The notes beneath the pieces are model-generated. The model had not been told where the DNA came from. It ran no database searches and saw only the letters and a list, made by a program, of their open reading frames with translations. From assembly GCA_002633005.1 (NCBI GenBank), contig NMRA01000018.1, positions 840,275 to 877,076 on the forward strand: a stretch of DNA of 36,802 nucleotides. Reading direction: 5' to 3'. The translations under genes were made by a program, and so were the position numbers. Origin of the DNA: Phoronis australis (taxonomy: Eukaryota; Animalia; Phoronida). Below, one piece after another: positions 12,438 through 23,399 of the stretch. How positions within the stretch are numbered: position 1 is the first letter of the stretch; each line of letters begins with the position of its first letter.

Positions 12438-13337
12438 AAGTCTCCGACAGACTAAACAACAATTTTCTGAAGTTAGGCCAAACAGGGCTCTACAGCACCA
12501 GTTGCCCGACTGGCCCTATAGCTGGTACTGTAACTTTCGGTACCGGGCAAGAGTTAAGAGAACTTCACCTGCCTGACTGACAAGTTCCCTGAATAAAAAA
12601 TTCTGTTAACACAATGGGTGGAAATTAATGTCACAAAACAGCACAATATTTAAATAAAATAAAATATATGCGCACGTTCTTGGTTTCCTTCCGCGACATT
12701 TGCTCTTCCGTTTTTGTGTTTCATGTAGTTTCATTTCCCAACGCTAGGTGTATAGCATGAAAGATCTATTAAGATATTAGATATTTTACTCCATTTGAAC
12801 ATCATTTTTTGTTTAGTAGTGGCAGCTAAATTGGGAAGATTTGTCACAGGATGTTTATGGGGAGTGTTCAATAACTATCTCGCGACTAGTGTTCGACTGC
12901 AGTTACGTAAGCGGGCCCGATGCACTCACATTTCATTTCGATTTTAGTCATTGACAAGACCTTAAAAGTACAATAGGAGCCTCACGTGCCTCAGTGTCTC
13001 AATAAATTTTACAACTGCGGAAAGCTATCTGGTGATTGCCATATCAGGCGTAAAACTTTAGTGCTCTGCGCCTCGGACACTCAAAATCTAGTAAGTGTTG
13101 ATAAGAATCGTGTTATTATTTCAGTACCACTGACAATCGAATTGACCTTTCGCCAGGATTTTGCGTGACGGCTTAACTGTTAAAGACTTTTGCATAGTAA
13201 TATATTGCAGGCCCGCAGCCAGCATTGCGCAGGGGGTGGTTCGAATTTCTTGAACGGTGGACCTTGGATACTTCGCTGCAACGTCGACACTTTGAAGTTT
13301 TCATTAAGGCCCTCAGTTGGCGCAGCTTAATCAGGGG

Positions 13338-13456
13338 TGTCACATTTGTTACCACATTTTACGGAGACATAAACAACGTGGTTATTAGTTCTTTCTTAGA
13401 CTGTATTGTCAGGTACTACTACCTACGGTGACATCTATCGGACAACATACATTACA
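13338..13456 (-). repeat. 3' LTR (119 bp)
   Basis: Minus strand TGTAATGT...ATGTGACA, immediately preceded by the PPT. Differs from the 5' LTR by 5 substitutions and one 6-bp indel. Confidence 0.95.
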
Positions 13457-13466
13457 CCTCTCCACC
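13457..13466 (-). promoter_or_regulatory. Polypurine tract
   Basis: Minus strand GGTGGAGAGG abuts the 3' LTR. Confidence 0.85.
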
Positions 13467-13548
13467 TTAACTAAAATGTCCATGCAACAAATAACGAAGT
13501 ATCAATAAACCATGTCTAAATCAAGATCAAGTGTTATTACCACACACT

Positions 13549-16500
13549 CTACAAGTCCAGTCTCTGTGGCTGCTTACGAATCTGCGTAGAATGTCTCACA
13601 GGTTGATCTGACGGTGCTGGAGATCTAATTGGTACGTTGTCAGACACTACGGGTTCCGTTTTGGGCACAGTGTCACTTGGCACACCGACAGACGGAACAG
13701 ATATATCAGTTGGAGACACGACAGGCGGATCCGCAAAAAAATCAGAAGAACGCATTTGATCGGCATGTCTCCGCATATAGGCGCAGTCTCCACTCTATAC
13801 GGAACTGGTCGCTGTCTGCTCTTTAACTACTCCAGGAACCCAACGTTCCCCAGAGCGATACGCAAGGACAGCAACCCGATCACCGACAGTAAGGTCGCGT
13901 TCCTAGTTAGTTGGCTTAGAGTCACACATGCGTTTCTGAGCACGTTCAACAGTCGCACTTAAATTCGGCTTCACTAAATCGAGTCGTGTTTGAGCCTGTC
14001 TTCCCAAATACAGTTTCGAGGGTGTTTGTGGGTCCCGTTGTGTATTAGAGAAGCATTTATCCCCGAAACCAATCATGATAGCTGAACGTTTTCGCTTTCA
14101 CAAGCGTGAGCAAAATGAAGGCGAGTGCGTGCGTGATTACGTTGCGCAATTGAGGAAGTTCAGTCAATACTGTGACTTTGGGTACAATTTAAACGATACC
14201 CTGCGCGACAGACTTGTATGTGGTTTACGCAATGAACAGATACAAAAACGTTTATTAAGCGAGAAAAACCTGACGTGTGAAAAGGCTTTTGACACAGCTA
14301 TCGCGATGGAAACTGCGACCAAGGATGCCGTTGAACTACAAGGGAAGGCGAATGTTCACAAAATGTCGCATAAAGTGTCGCATCATAAGAAATCTGGCAG
14401 AAAAGTGTACAGTTTCTTTAGCATCGAACCACTATCACGCTTGGATGCTTTCATAGCCGACTTAAACGTGTTGACGAATCTCTCAGCCAGACCATTCGTG
14501 GGGTGGTATGGCGCAGATCGAACCAGACAGATTCCATTGCGAGCTAGGAAATCCTCGAACTCCCGGGAAACAAACCGAGGTCCCGCGTTATCGCTAACAA
14601 TTTGTTCCGGCACTAAAAGAAACTTAACCTTGCAAAGATATGGCGTAACACATCGATTGTCTACTCCGCGGTAGTAGATTGCATGGGCACAACCTCGTTC
14701 CATTTTGAATGGGCGTCAACGAGTATCAGAAACATACAACCCATGAATTCCCCAGCGAAGTCTATGTGGAGTCTCTGCCACGGTTTGGCAGGAAATTCCC
14801 ACGGATGAAGTGGAGCTTCGCTCGGCATACGAGCAGTTGACTGACATCCATGGCATGATTTCGTTAAAGTCTCAATCGCGTGATCAATGCCCGGCCACCA
14901 GACATACGAACGGGCGAGCGATTTCATTTTCACTACCCCCAAGTGACCAACATGCAACTCGTCCAGTAACTGTTCGCGAAAACACTGAGGAACAATAACT
15001 CGGATTCCCCAAATGAGACATCCCTGATGAACAGTCAGAGCATTGCGACGGCTATAGAATGGTGCGAGTTCAGAGTCGCTGTTTTCGGACCATCCCCTAA
15101 TGACAGCGTCGTGTACTCGTTTCAAAACTGGATCGCGGTGTCCTGCAGAATCTGCGTGAACTGTATCGGTAACGTTTCAAGTTGCTTCATCATGTACGGG
15201 AGGAATCGAGATCATCTTCGGTTTCCTCGGTAGTTCCTTGTCGTAGCGTAGTCTCGACAAGCTGTCAGTATTTCCGTGCAGCTTAGTGTTCTTGTAGTCA
15301 ATCGTATAGTCGTAACCAGACAAAAACAATGCATGGCGCTGCAGACGTAATGCCGTCGTAGCGGAAATGCCCTTTTTGGGACCGAATATTGACAGTAGCG
15401 GTTGGTGATCGGTCACCTGGTTAAAGTGTCTACCGTACAAATAACAGTGGCATTTCTTCACAGCCCAAACGAGACTTAACCCTTCCTTGTCTGTTTGCGA
15501 ATAGTTCTTTTCAGCGGCATTAAGCGAGCGTGACGCGAACACTATCGGACGTTCCGATCCATCTTTCATGACATGCGAGAGAACACAACCTACACCATGC
15601 GGACTTGCATCACACGCCAAACGTAGCGGCAACTCAGGGTCATAGTGTACAAGTACTCGCTCAGAAGTTGAATCTTTAACCACTCGAAAAGCGCAATCGC
15701 AGTTGTTCGTCCAGCTCCACGGTGTGGTCTTCTCAAGCAGTTTATTTAGCGGTGCCAACACGGAAGATGCCATGGGCAAAAACTTTCGATAGTAGTTTAC
15801 TAGCCCTAAAAACGAACGCAAATGTTCTGCGTTCTCCGTAGTTGGGGCTTTCATTACGGCGTTAATTTTCTCGCGTGTCTTGTGCAGACCCTCTCGATCG
15901 ATCTCATGGCCGTAGTATTCGATTTTCTTTTTGAAGATCTCACATTTCTGTAGGTTTGCGCGTAGTCCGTACTCGCGTAAACGCTTCAAAACTTTTTCAA
16001 GTTGAACAAGATGTTCCTCATCACTTTTGCCTGTGATGATGACGTCATCCAGTGACACTTGGGTGTTTGGCAATCCTTGTAGCACCTGTTCCATAGCGCG
16101 TTGCCAGATTACTGGCGCAGATGCGACTCCAAACACAAGACGGTTATACTGGAAAAGACCCTTGTGAGTGTTAATTGTGAGATACTTCCGATCTTCCTCG
16201 CGGACTTTTATTTGAAGATACGCGTTCTTAAGGTCAATTTTCGTGAAATGTTCACCACCAGCGAGTGTGGTAAAAATATCATCAATTCGAGGTAGAGGGT
16301 ATTTCTCATTTTCTAAGACCGGATTGAGCGTAACCTCAAAATCTCCACAGATACGAATGCTCCCGTCCTTTTTGACAATCGGAACTATGGCCGTCGCCCA
16401 ATCACCGTGGTCCACCTTGCTCAAGATACCCGTGTCTACCAATCGGTCTAGTTCAGCCTCAACACGAGGTTTCAGCGCATACGCTACCGGTCGTGCTTTG

Positions 16501-16960
16501 CAAAATTTCGGTGTCGCGTTTTCTCCGAGGTTGACACGTGCCTCAATGTTTTTCAAAGTTCCAACAAAGTTCGTCTCGAAACACGTCGCTGTATTCCGCG
16601 CACAGGGACTTCGCTTTCGATATAACGGATACAGGTGTGGCTGATAAATTTGCGCGAAGTGACTTGATGCCAGTCCAGTCCACGCGAAGCGCACGAAGCC
16701 ACTCTCGACCAAACAGCGGTGATCCACCACTTTCGACCACGTACAAGTCTAATTCAGCCGTCTGATCATTGTAAAGTACATGAACTTTCACAACACCTAA
16801 CGGACGTACTTTCTCGCCGGTGTACGTTTTGAAACGCAAGTCACACGCTCCCAACTCTTTCGTGAAATGCCGGTTGCAATCACTGCGAGAAATCACGGAC
16901 ACACCAACGCCGGTGTCAAGTTCCATAGATAAGAGCTGTCCGTCCACCTCTGGCTCAACC
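13549..16960 (-). pseudogene. pol: Gypsy pol (protease, RT, RNase H, integrase), frameshifted and interrupted
   Basis: PR: LDTG. RT: IRICGDF, FTKIDL, SLDD in place of YLDD. RH: DASPHGVG, EKNYSQTDKE, TDHQPL. IN: HVGH...CHGC, HIDFAG, VSDN, NGLAERFV, with C-terminus TPSKLYLGR...RRHADQMR. There is a frameshift near 16565, further frameshifts and stops, and an insertion at ~14042-14400. Confidence 0.95.
14042..14400 (+). pseudogene. gag: Gypsy gag (capsid-region) fragment, inverted, inside the integrase
   Basis: VLEKHLSPKPIMIAERFRFHKREQNEGECVRDYVAQLRKFSQYCDFGYNLNDTLRDRLVCGLRNEQIQKRLLSEKNLT is a typical Mag-type Gag motif. It has no native N-terminus and no zinc knuckle. Confidence 0.92.
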
Positions 16961-17200
16961 CAGTGGCGGATCTAGGATATCACATGGGGGGGGCCCAACA
17001 TTTTGTCCGGCTGTAAGAATTTGCGCAAACTGAACCACGATTGTAGATGCGCATAGCACCGAATGGGGGGAGGTCGGGAGGGGGGTTTGCCCCGCTCCCG
17101 CCCAAGAAATTTTTCTGTTTTTACCTCTAAAAATCAAGCATTTTCCTTGATTCCTGAAGTATTCAAGAAAAAAGGCAAAAAAACTGAGAACGTGTCAAAC
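16961..17200 (+). mobile_element. hAT-like MITE end inserted just upstream of the protease motif
   Basis: CAGTGGCGGATCTAGG terminus followed by GGGGCCCAACATTTTGTC, homologous to the reverse complement of 34600-34660. No second TIR or TSD found; right boundary approximate. Confidence 0.65.
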
Positions 17201-17204
17201 AGGA

Positions 17205-17282
17205 AAAACTGCAAGTATCAAGGACTCGAACTCACGACCTGGCGATTAGGGCGCGCATGCGTTACCACTACACCACCACGAT
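17205..17282 (-). repeat. tRNA-derived (SINE-head-like) sequence with Pol III A and B boxes
   Basis: Minus strand TGGTGTAGTGG (A box), GTTCGAGTCC (B box), then TTTTT. No intact cloverleaf, so this is not a tRNA gene. Confidence 0.65.
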
Positions 17283-17824
17283 TTAACTACCGTTTTCATA
17301 CTAAAAGACCTACTTGTTTATGGTCCACAGCGTTTGCGCGCGAAACCTACTTCTTTTTGTTATGCTTATTACACGTTTTTCATTTTGTGCCATCGATTCT
17401 TAACAAATTTGTCGTATTTAAAATAGTCTTCAAATGCCAAAAAGACCAAATCCGTTTTTCGTGTTGGCAATAATGACGGGATTGCTTTGGAAATCGTCTT
17501 AAGATAAGGTTTGGCAAAGAGAGTATTGCGAGCTTCTGAGTGATTCACTAAGGCTTCGATTAAAATCCACATCTTACCAGCAGCTTCTGTTTTTTCATCG
17601 TCACTCAGGTTCCATTTTCTTAAAAAATGAAGTAAATTTTCTTCATTGCACAGTGGAGCAGACGACGGAAACGGAGTCGTAGCGCGCAGCGCTACTGCCG
17701 GTCGCCTGGGATATCGGGGGAGAGCCTATACTTAGCCATGATAGTTCCGTTACGAATGCGCCGTGTTCCGAATTTGACACTTGAAATTGGATTTGAGCNC
17801 GTGAGTTCCCTACTAAGAACCGTT

Positions 17825-17834
17825 CTCGTCGCCA
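17825..17834 (-). promoter_or_regulatory. Primer-binding site, tRNA-Ser(GCU) type
   Basis: TGGCGACGAG lies 3 nt after the 5' LTR and is complementary to the ...CUCGUCGCCA 3' end of metazoan tRNA-Ser(GCU). Confidence 0.85.
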
Positions 17835-17837
17835 AAA

Positions 17838-17950
17838 TGTCACGTTTGTTACCACATTTTACGGAGACATAAACAACGAGGTTTCTTTCTTAGACTGTAT
17901 TGTCAGGAACTACTACCTACGGTGACATCTATCGGGCAACATACATAACA
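17838..17950 (-). repeat. 5' LTR (113 bp)
   Basis: Minus strand TGTTATGT...ACGTGACA, followed by the PBS. Confidence 0.95.
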
Positions 17951-18055
17951 AGGGGGAAGGGAAATTTGTATACACAACGATGTCTCTCAGTTCTATGTTC
18001 TTGAGATGAGACGGAATTAGTAGGACTAATAACAGAGATGAGGATGCCGTGACGG

Positions 18056-18804
18056 CTCGCCGGTTCCCCGCGTGCCGCTAGGTGGTAGCCAACAGGCAGG
18101 TAGCAGGCAGTAGCACGCGCTTTATCACTGGTTGATGCAACCTCGACAGTCATTGGTTAGCTTTACAACGAAGTGAGAAAATGGCGGACTATGGACGATT
18201 TTTAGCTTTGTCCGTGCAAGTGGCGTAGCAGCAACTATTTTGTTTCTGCAGTAGGCCTAATGTTTAATAGCCTCGTGCTCAGAAGCACATGTACAACAAA
18301 GACGCCGTCATCTGGTAGATTTTACCAGTGTGTTATTCATACTGTATCAATACAGCCTCCCGTTCAGTAACGCTAGGACCTCGCTAAAAAGCACGACTTC
18401 GCGTGAGATATTGCCGTGTATCTTAAATAAGAACACGTGACCTTGACTAGATTTTAGCTAGGTCCTAGCGTAGGTCCTAGCGTCTACTGAACGCACGCCA
18501 GGACAGTAAGCCTAACGTAAACAAAAGCCAGCGACATTAGGAAGATGCAATCCGGAAGGCGCAACCACAATTTCCTGGTATTCACATTTCTTGAACATGA
18601 ATTTTAAGCACCCGATTTGTTTGCACAACAGACCACATTTACACTTCCTCCATCAGTCATGTCGGTTTGTTTGGGTAAAGTGCTGCTTGTTGAGAAATCG
18701 ACCAGCCAATCAGACACATCGGTGTAAAAAACAATCCCGAGGAAAATTAATTGTTCATACCAGGTTGCTGGCTACCACCCAGCGTCACGCAGGGAACCAG
18801 CGAG
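18056..18804. mobile_element. MITE with ~10-bp TSD, copy 2 (contains a nested insertion)
   Basis: CTCGCCGGTTCCCCGCGTG...CACGCAGGGAACCAGCGAG. Flanks GCCGTGACGG / GTCGTGACGG match 9/10. Homologous to 11882-12437. Confidence 0.82.
18356..18499. mobile_element. Small foldback element nested in MITE copy 2
   Basis: CGTTCAGTAACGCTAGGACCT...AGGTCCTAGCGTCTACTGAACG form inverted ends. Absent from copy 1; a related copy lies at 8066-8165. Confidence 0.7.
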
Positions 18805-19554
18805 GTCGTGACGGTTGCGCGCAAAAATGGGACTCATTTTGGATGTAATGTGGTCCAAAACGTTCTCCTCGTTACTTCTTGCCAAATTTTCAAATCAGGC
18901 GTGCTTAAATGAGTGATTACACCTTCTCGGTCAGAAATATTTAGTCGGAGATTTACTTAATGAAACTTTTTATCTAGCCATATTTTTCGTGCTAACGTTA
19001 TTGTATTTTAAACAATTTGGAGTGGGAATATTGATGAATTATCAACCACGATACATTCATCAAATCCATGTCAATGTCGCATCATTTCACATCGCGACTG
19101 AAAAGTTTAGGGTCGCTGCGCCTGAACCTCACCCACCGGAACCACGCACAGGCGGGTCGAAATCAAATGTAATTAGCAGGCTACCCAGTCCCTGTCAGTC
19201 TTCACATAGTCAGTGAGCCCCATTCAGTCTTCTTAAATTTAGAACCGTTGGTCGCCGCAGCCACTACCCGTGCCCCAATGATGCCCCTAATTGAGAATGA
19301 GTCGTTAATAAGATTCAAGTATCACGATTGACAGTGATTGGAACCGATCTCAACAATGAAATCAATGTATTAAGAATTAGTCAACTTTTTGCACAACCTT
19401 TTACACGGTTACTAAATGGACACAAATACAATAATCTATTGTTACGACTCATTAGCAGAAAATCAGAGTAATGAACTGTTTGGATCAGTGGTTTGAGGTC
19501 TGGACTACTGTTTGAGAGAGACCCGAGTAAGAAAAGTAACTGTCGGAGTTATGG

Positions 19555-19650
19555 TTCTGGAATTGTGGACATTCGAAATTGTGAATTTTCGAAGGTGGCA
19601 AACCTTCGGAGTAGTGAAGCTTCGGAGTAGCGCACCTTCGGAATTTTGGC
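19555..19650. repeat. Degenerate ~15-bp tandem array (CCTTCGGARTAG-like unit)
   Basis: TTCG(G/A)A recurs at roughly 15-16-bp spacing about 6 times. Confidence 0.65.
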
Positions 19651-19662
19651 ATCTAACCTTGG

Positions 19663-19897
19663 CAGTGTCAGATCTACGTTTTCAGTGAGGGGTGGGAGGT
19701 AGGATTCGCCTGAATCCGAGGCGCATAGCGCCGAGCGTAGGGAAGGTTGGAAGGGAGTTCCCCCTCCGGTGCAGATTTTGTTTTTAGAAGCTGATTTTGT
19801 CTTCCTGGTGACATTTTTTTTAATTTTACTTTTGATTCTGTCCCGCGGTGAGCGTTTGAACCCCGCCCCTCCCCGAACACCCCTCCGCAGACCCCAT
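19663..19897 (+). mobile_element. hAT-like GC-rich MITE, degenerate
   Basis: CAGTGTCAGATCTACG resembles the 16961 terminus. Internal GCGCATAGCGCCGAG...GGGAG...CCCC is similar to 17047-17110. Confidence 0.5.
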
Positions 19898-20493
19898 AAT
19901 CTAGTGAGCAAATTAACCAAATTACTCTTCGCTGGCCCTGATCAGACGGTTGGTCTCTGCAGAATGCGCACATTTGGCCAGGATTTGGATCAGCGATTTC
20001 AACAAATTCACATTCGTGTACAAATAAATAGAACGGTGGTAAAACCTTTAACATAAATAAAGATTACAGTAATACTTCATAAATAACCACCTGGACCAGT
20101 CAAAATCCATCCCGCAATTCAACATTAGGTTACACACTCATTTCATGTCGAATATATGCCCCACAAAATCTCTCGACTGCAGTCTATGAAAATGCAACCA
20201 ACTTCTTTGAAAACTTGGAACAGGAACACTAGAGGGGTGTAAAGGTTGTTTTTATTCTTCAATGTTAAATTTTTTGTAAGCGGAGATGTGGTTTTTTAAA
20301 TTTACACCTTAAGTCCTAACATTTCTAAACTTAAGCCTTTCAAACGAACGTTTATGACGAAAACAAAATTCTTCAACCAGTTTCGTAAAGTCCCATGCCA
20401 CCTGTAGGGTACATAAAGAGCCAATCCCACTCCTAATGTAACAAAAGGGTCCAGTGCATAAAGGGTACTAAGTATTGCCCTTCTGAAATATTA

Positions 20494-20566
20494 CCGTATG
20501 CGCCCTAATAAGCGGCCAGGGTGCTTAGAAAAATCCGTTTCAGGAAGGGGGCGCTTATTATAGCCC
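20494..20566. mobile_element. Tc1/mariner-type (TA|CCGTA) MITE end
   Basis: TA|CCGTATGCGCCCTAATAAGCG with an internal inverted GCGCTTATTA. Partner TIR not found. Confidence 0.45.
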
Positions 20567-20671
20567 AAAACTGGTTTAAACCCGGTCTCCGAAACAGATG
20601 AAATCGTAAGGTAGAATTCTTCAAAGTTACGCTCTGTGACACATCTGTAACCTATGAACAGAGTTTCTACA

Positions 20672-20756
20672 TTTTTTTTATTTATTTATTTATTATTGTG
20701 ATATTTAAAATGAAGGTGGTCTCTTCAGTGATAGCACTGCTTTCCAAGAGGGCCCT
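20672..20756 (-). mobile_element. CR1/L2-group LINE or SINE 3' tail
   Basis: Minus strand stem-loop CTCTTGGAAAGCAGTGCTATCACTGAAGAG, followed by an (AAAT)n/A tail. Confidence 0.7.
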
Positions 20757-21560
20757 CAAAACTGCAGTGCATTGCTATCAAACTTTGTTGTCAACTTACG
20801 AGCATTTTTCAGAAAATACAACTGCCAAAAATTGCCGTGAATCAGGTTTCAAGCTCCTCAGCTTGGTTTAACTATATATTAATAAACCATAAAAATGGTT
20901 CCAAGTGATCAGTGCAATGCCTGCGCACGTCTAATAAGTGTGTATCATGCAGCTCCTGATTTAAACAAAGATCTGTTTTTTAATTTTGGTCCGGTATAAA
21001 TAACGCCACAGACCTGGAAATCCAGCGAAACACTTCTACCTTACAAATCTGACAATCCCTAGTCTCAGAAAATTTGAGCACCCGGCAAAAGATACTAATG
21101 ATGAAATTCCGGTGATGATAATCACCCACTTTGTTTATTTACTTCACCTCAAATACTAGGTAAAATGAACCCCATTCGAGTAAGCATCATGTGGGTCCCA
21201 ATGCCAACCCAATAAAGCTCAAGTTGCTGTCAAATCAGGATGGGCATAAATAAGGAAATTTACTGTATCAACAGACTAGCCAAATAAGAATAAGATACAA
21301 AGTGTTGCTACAGTGCACACGTGCACGATATTTGGTCTTTTATTTTCCAGCCCTAAATGCATGAACCAATCAGATCACCAATGACGCAAAGTTTTCGAAA
21401 ACAGCTCGATTTTTAGGGAGTCCTGTTTTACTGTTCTATTTATTTTCAAAACTTTGTGTTACATTTAGTTTATTTTCTCTTCAACTCAATGAAGCCACCT
21501 AATATGAATGCATTCAACACAATTAATGCATTGTAAAAACCACACGTTATGTGCACGTGC

Positions 21561-21592
21561 TATATATATATATATATATACACGCACACACA
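21561..21592. repeat. (TA)10 plus CA-rich microsatellite
   Basis: Read directly from the sequence. Confidence 0.95.
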
Positions 21593-22025
21593 CGTACCCA
21601 ACAGTAAATTTGTGCTAGATTACAGATCCTGTTCACTGAGAATACAAGTTGGTGGTCAGTTTACTATAAAACTTTCGTCCTAATTAGGTCTACGCTTCGA
21701 TTCAATTATGTCGCTGTTGTGGTCTACTGAGCGGTAGTTATTGTATAATAAACGGAAGTTGCTTTGAAATATTTTAATTAATAAGTTTCTTTATGCAGTG
21801 CAAATATTTGAGGTTGTGTTCAGTCATTTGACATAATGACAGTGTTTGCCTACAACTGGCTCTGAACAAGGCCATCTATGTCAAAAATCAATTAAACTTT
21901 GGCTTTGTCAGATGTTCTTAGTTTGAGGTGCTATTTTGGGATCTAAGGCATAACAGCAATCCATTATTAATAATCATTTAATCCTCTCTTTTTGCGAATT
22001 CATGTCATCTTGCAGTGTGTATAGA

Positions 22026-22250
22026 GACTGACAGTCTATTCTGCCTCAGTTAGTGCTAGTCTTGATACTCTAGCAGCCCTACACAACTAACTAGTCTTGT
22101 AGTTGTTTATGTTGACTGACAGTCTAGGCATCTAACCTGTTAGTCCTACTTTTGATACTCTCTGCAAGGCTAACTGTGTAGTCTTGTGGTTGTATACAAC
22201 AGTACATGCTGATAGTCAATATACCTTGCTAGTGGTAGTATGGATATTCC
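22026..22250. repeat. Degenerate ~90-bp tandem repeat (~2.5 units)
   Basis: GACTGACAGTCTA...TTGATACTCT...TAGTCTTGT recurs at 22026 and 22114. A weaker third unit starts near 22208. Confidence 0.7.
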
Positions 22251-22856
22251 CAAATTGGTGGCTTGTATTAAGGTAAGTGGATACACAAAAAAATAATTTT
22301 GACTGTTTTTTATATTTTTATGTCATCCTAATCTTTAATTCTTGATGCACAGTATACTGAAGAAAAATAAAATCATTCTGAAAATCCAAGGTTGTTTTTA
22401 GCTATATTTGACCAGGTCTCAGTAAGTCATGTGGCTTGAGTGCTCTCCAGCTCAGTGACTGAAAACTGGGGCGGAGCTTATATACAAGGACACTAGCTCT
22501 AATCTAACCCTGTCAACAAACATTGCGTAACCGGACAACCGAGAGTGCTGTACCAGCTGATATTGGTGTTGTAGCAAGACGAAGAATAAAATAATTCTAT
22601 TTTTGACCATGTGAAAGTTGGTAGTGAAATGGTGAACTAGCTCCTGTTCCGAGCCTGAGCCTGAGCCTGTTTGTGTATCTGCAAAAAATTAAAGGAGAAT
22701 GCCACCCGATTTGATTAGTCCTTTTTACCGTCTTAATCGATCTCCATCCACATCGCCTCTCATGCGGTCGACCTCACCTTGCCGAGAGGTGTCGTGTTGA
22801 CCTGCGAGGAAGGGGAGAAGCGACGCAGCGACGTCAATGGTTCGTCTGAAAAGTGA

Positions 22857-23078
22857 ATGCCGCTATGTTGCGTGTATCGGTTCCCGCTTGTCCGAACTAT
22901 GAAGCTGTGAAGAAAGCGGGTATATCGTTTTTTTCGACTTCCTCGAGAGCACGAAATGCTTAGGAAGTGGCTTGCAGTAGTGAAGAATGAAAGGTATGCT
23001 GTTAATAGCAAGTATGAGGTGGTGAAACATCTCCGTGTCTGCGGCCGGCATTTCGTCGACACCGATTTCTCTGACTAA
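22857..23078 (+). pseudogene. THAP zinc-finger domain (Kolobok transposase N-terminus), two frameshifts
   Basis: Stitched translation MPLCCV/SVPACPNYEAVKKAGISFF/RLPREHEMLRKWLAVVKNER...HLRVCGRHFVDTDF shows the C2CH signature with conserved P, W and CxxHF. Confidence 0.85.
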
Positions 23079-23399
23079 TTTCGGCTTACCAAAGAACTAT
23101 CCATACGTTCCGTTGCCTATGCATGTTCACGGCGCCTCTCTAGTATTTCTTTCTTCATCTTTATTTAGAAATACAAATACATTATTCAAATCATTGTTAC
23201 TGTACAACCTTTACCCTGACGGCCCCCGACAAGTAGATTTTCATTTTCGTGGCCAATTCACATAAATAATTACGAGCATATTATTGCTTTGGGTAACTAT
23301 TATAGTCTTTTTGTGACTGGAGGTTTAGTTTCCAACTCAAGCTGGTTTATGTTCGTGCCAGTCCCGGCGGCCGCGACGTAGTCGGTGGGCCAGAATTTG

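Larger units (their letters stand above)
13338..17950 (-). mobile_element. Ty3/Gypsy LTR retrotransposon, Mag-like, rearranged and non-functional
   Basis: Two TG...CA LTRs, a 5-bp TSD AGGGG (13333-13337 and 17951-17955), a PBS, a PPT, and pol domain order PR-RT-RH-IN. Confidence 0.97.

Noticed and set aside
14075-14674. 199-aa ORF as an intact gene
   Set aside because: It is a chimera of a gag fragment and antisense integrase read-through.
17205-17282. Functional tRNA gene
   Set aside because: A and B boxes are present but the acceptor and anticodon stems do not form.
19555-19650. CRISPR-like array
   Set aside because: Eukaryotic context, degenerate contiguous units, no unique spacers and no cas genes.
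21795-21850. Possible THAP exon (LRLCS/SH) of the old Kolobok
   Set aside because: Too short and needs a frameshift; no supporting motifs nearby.
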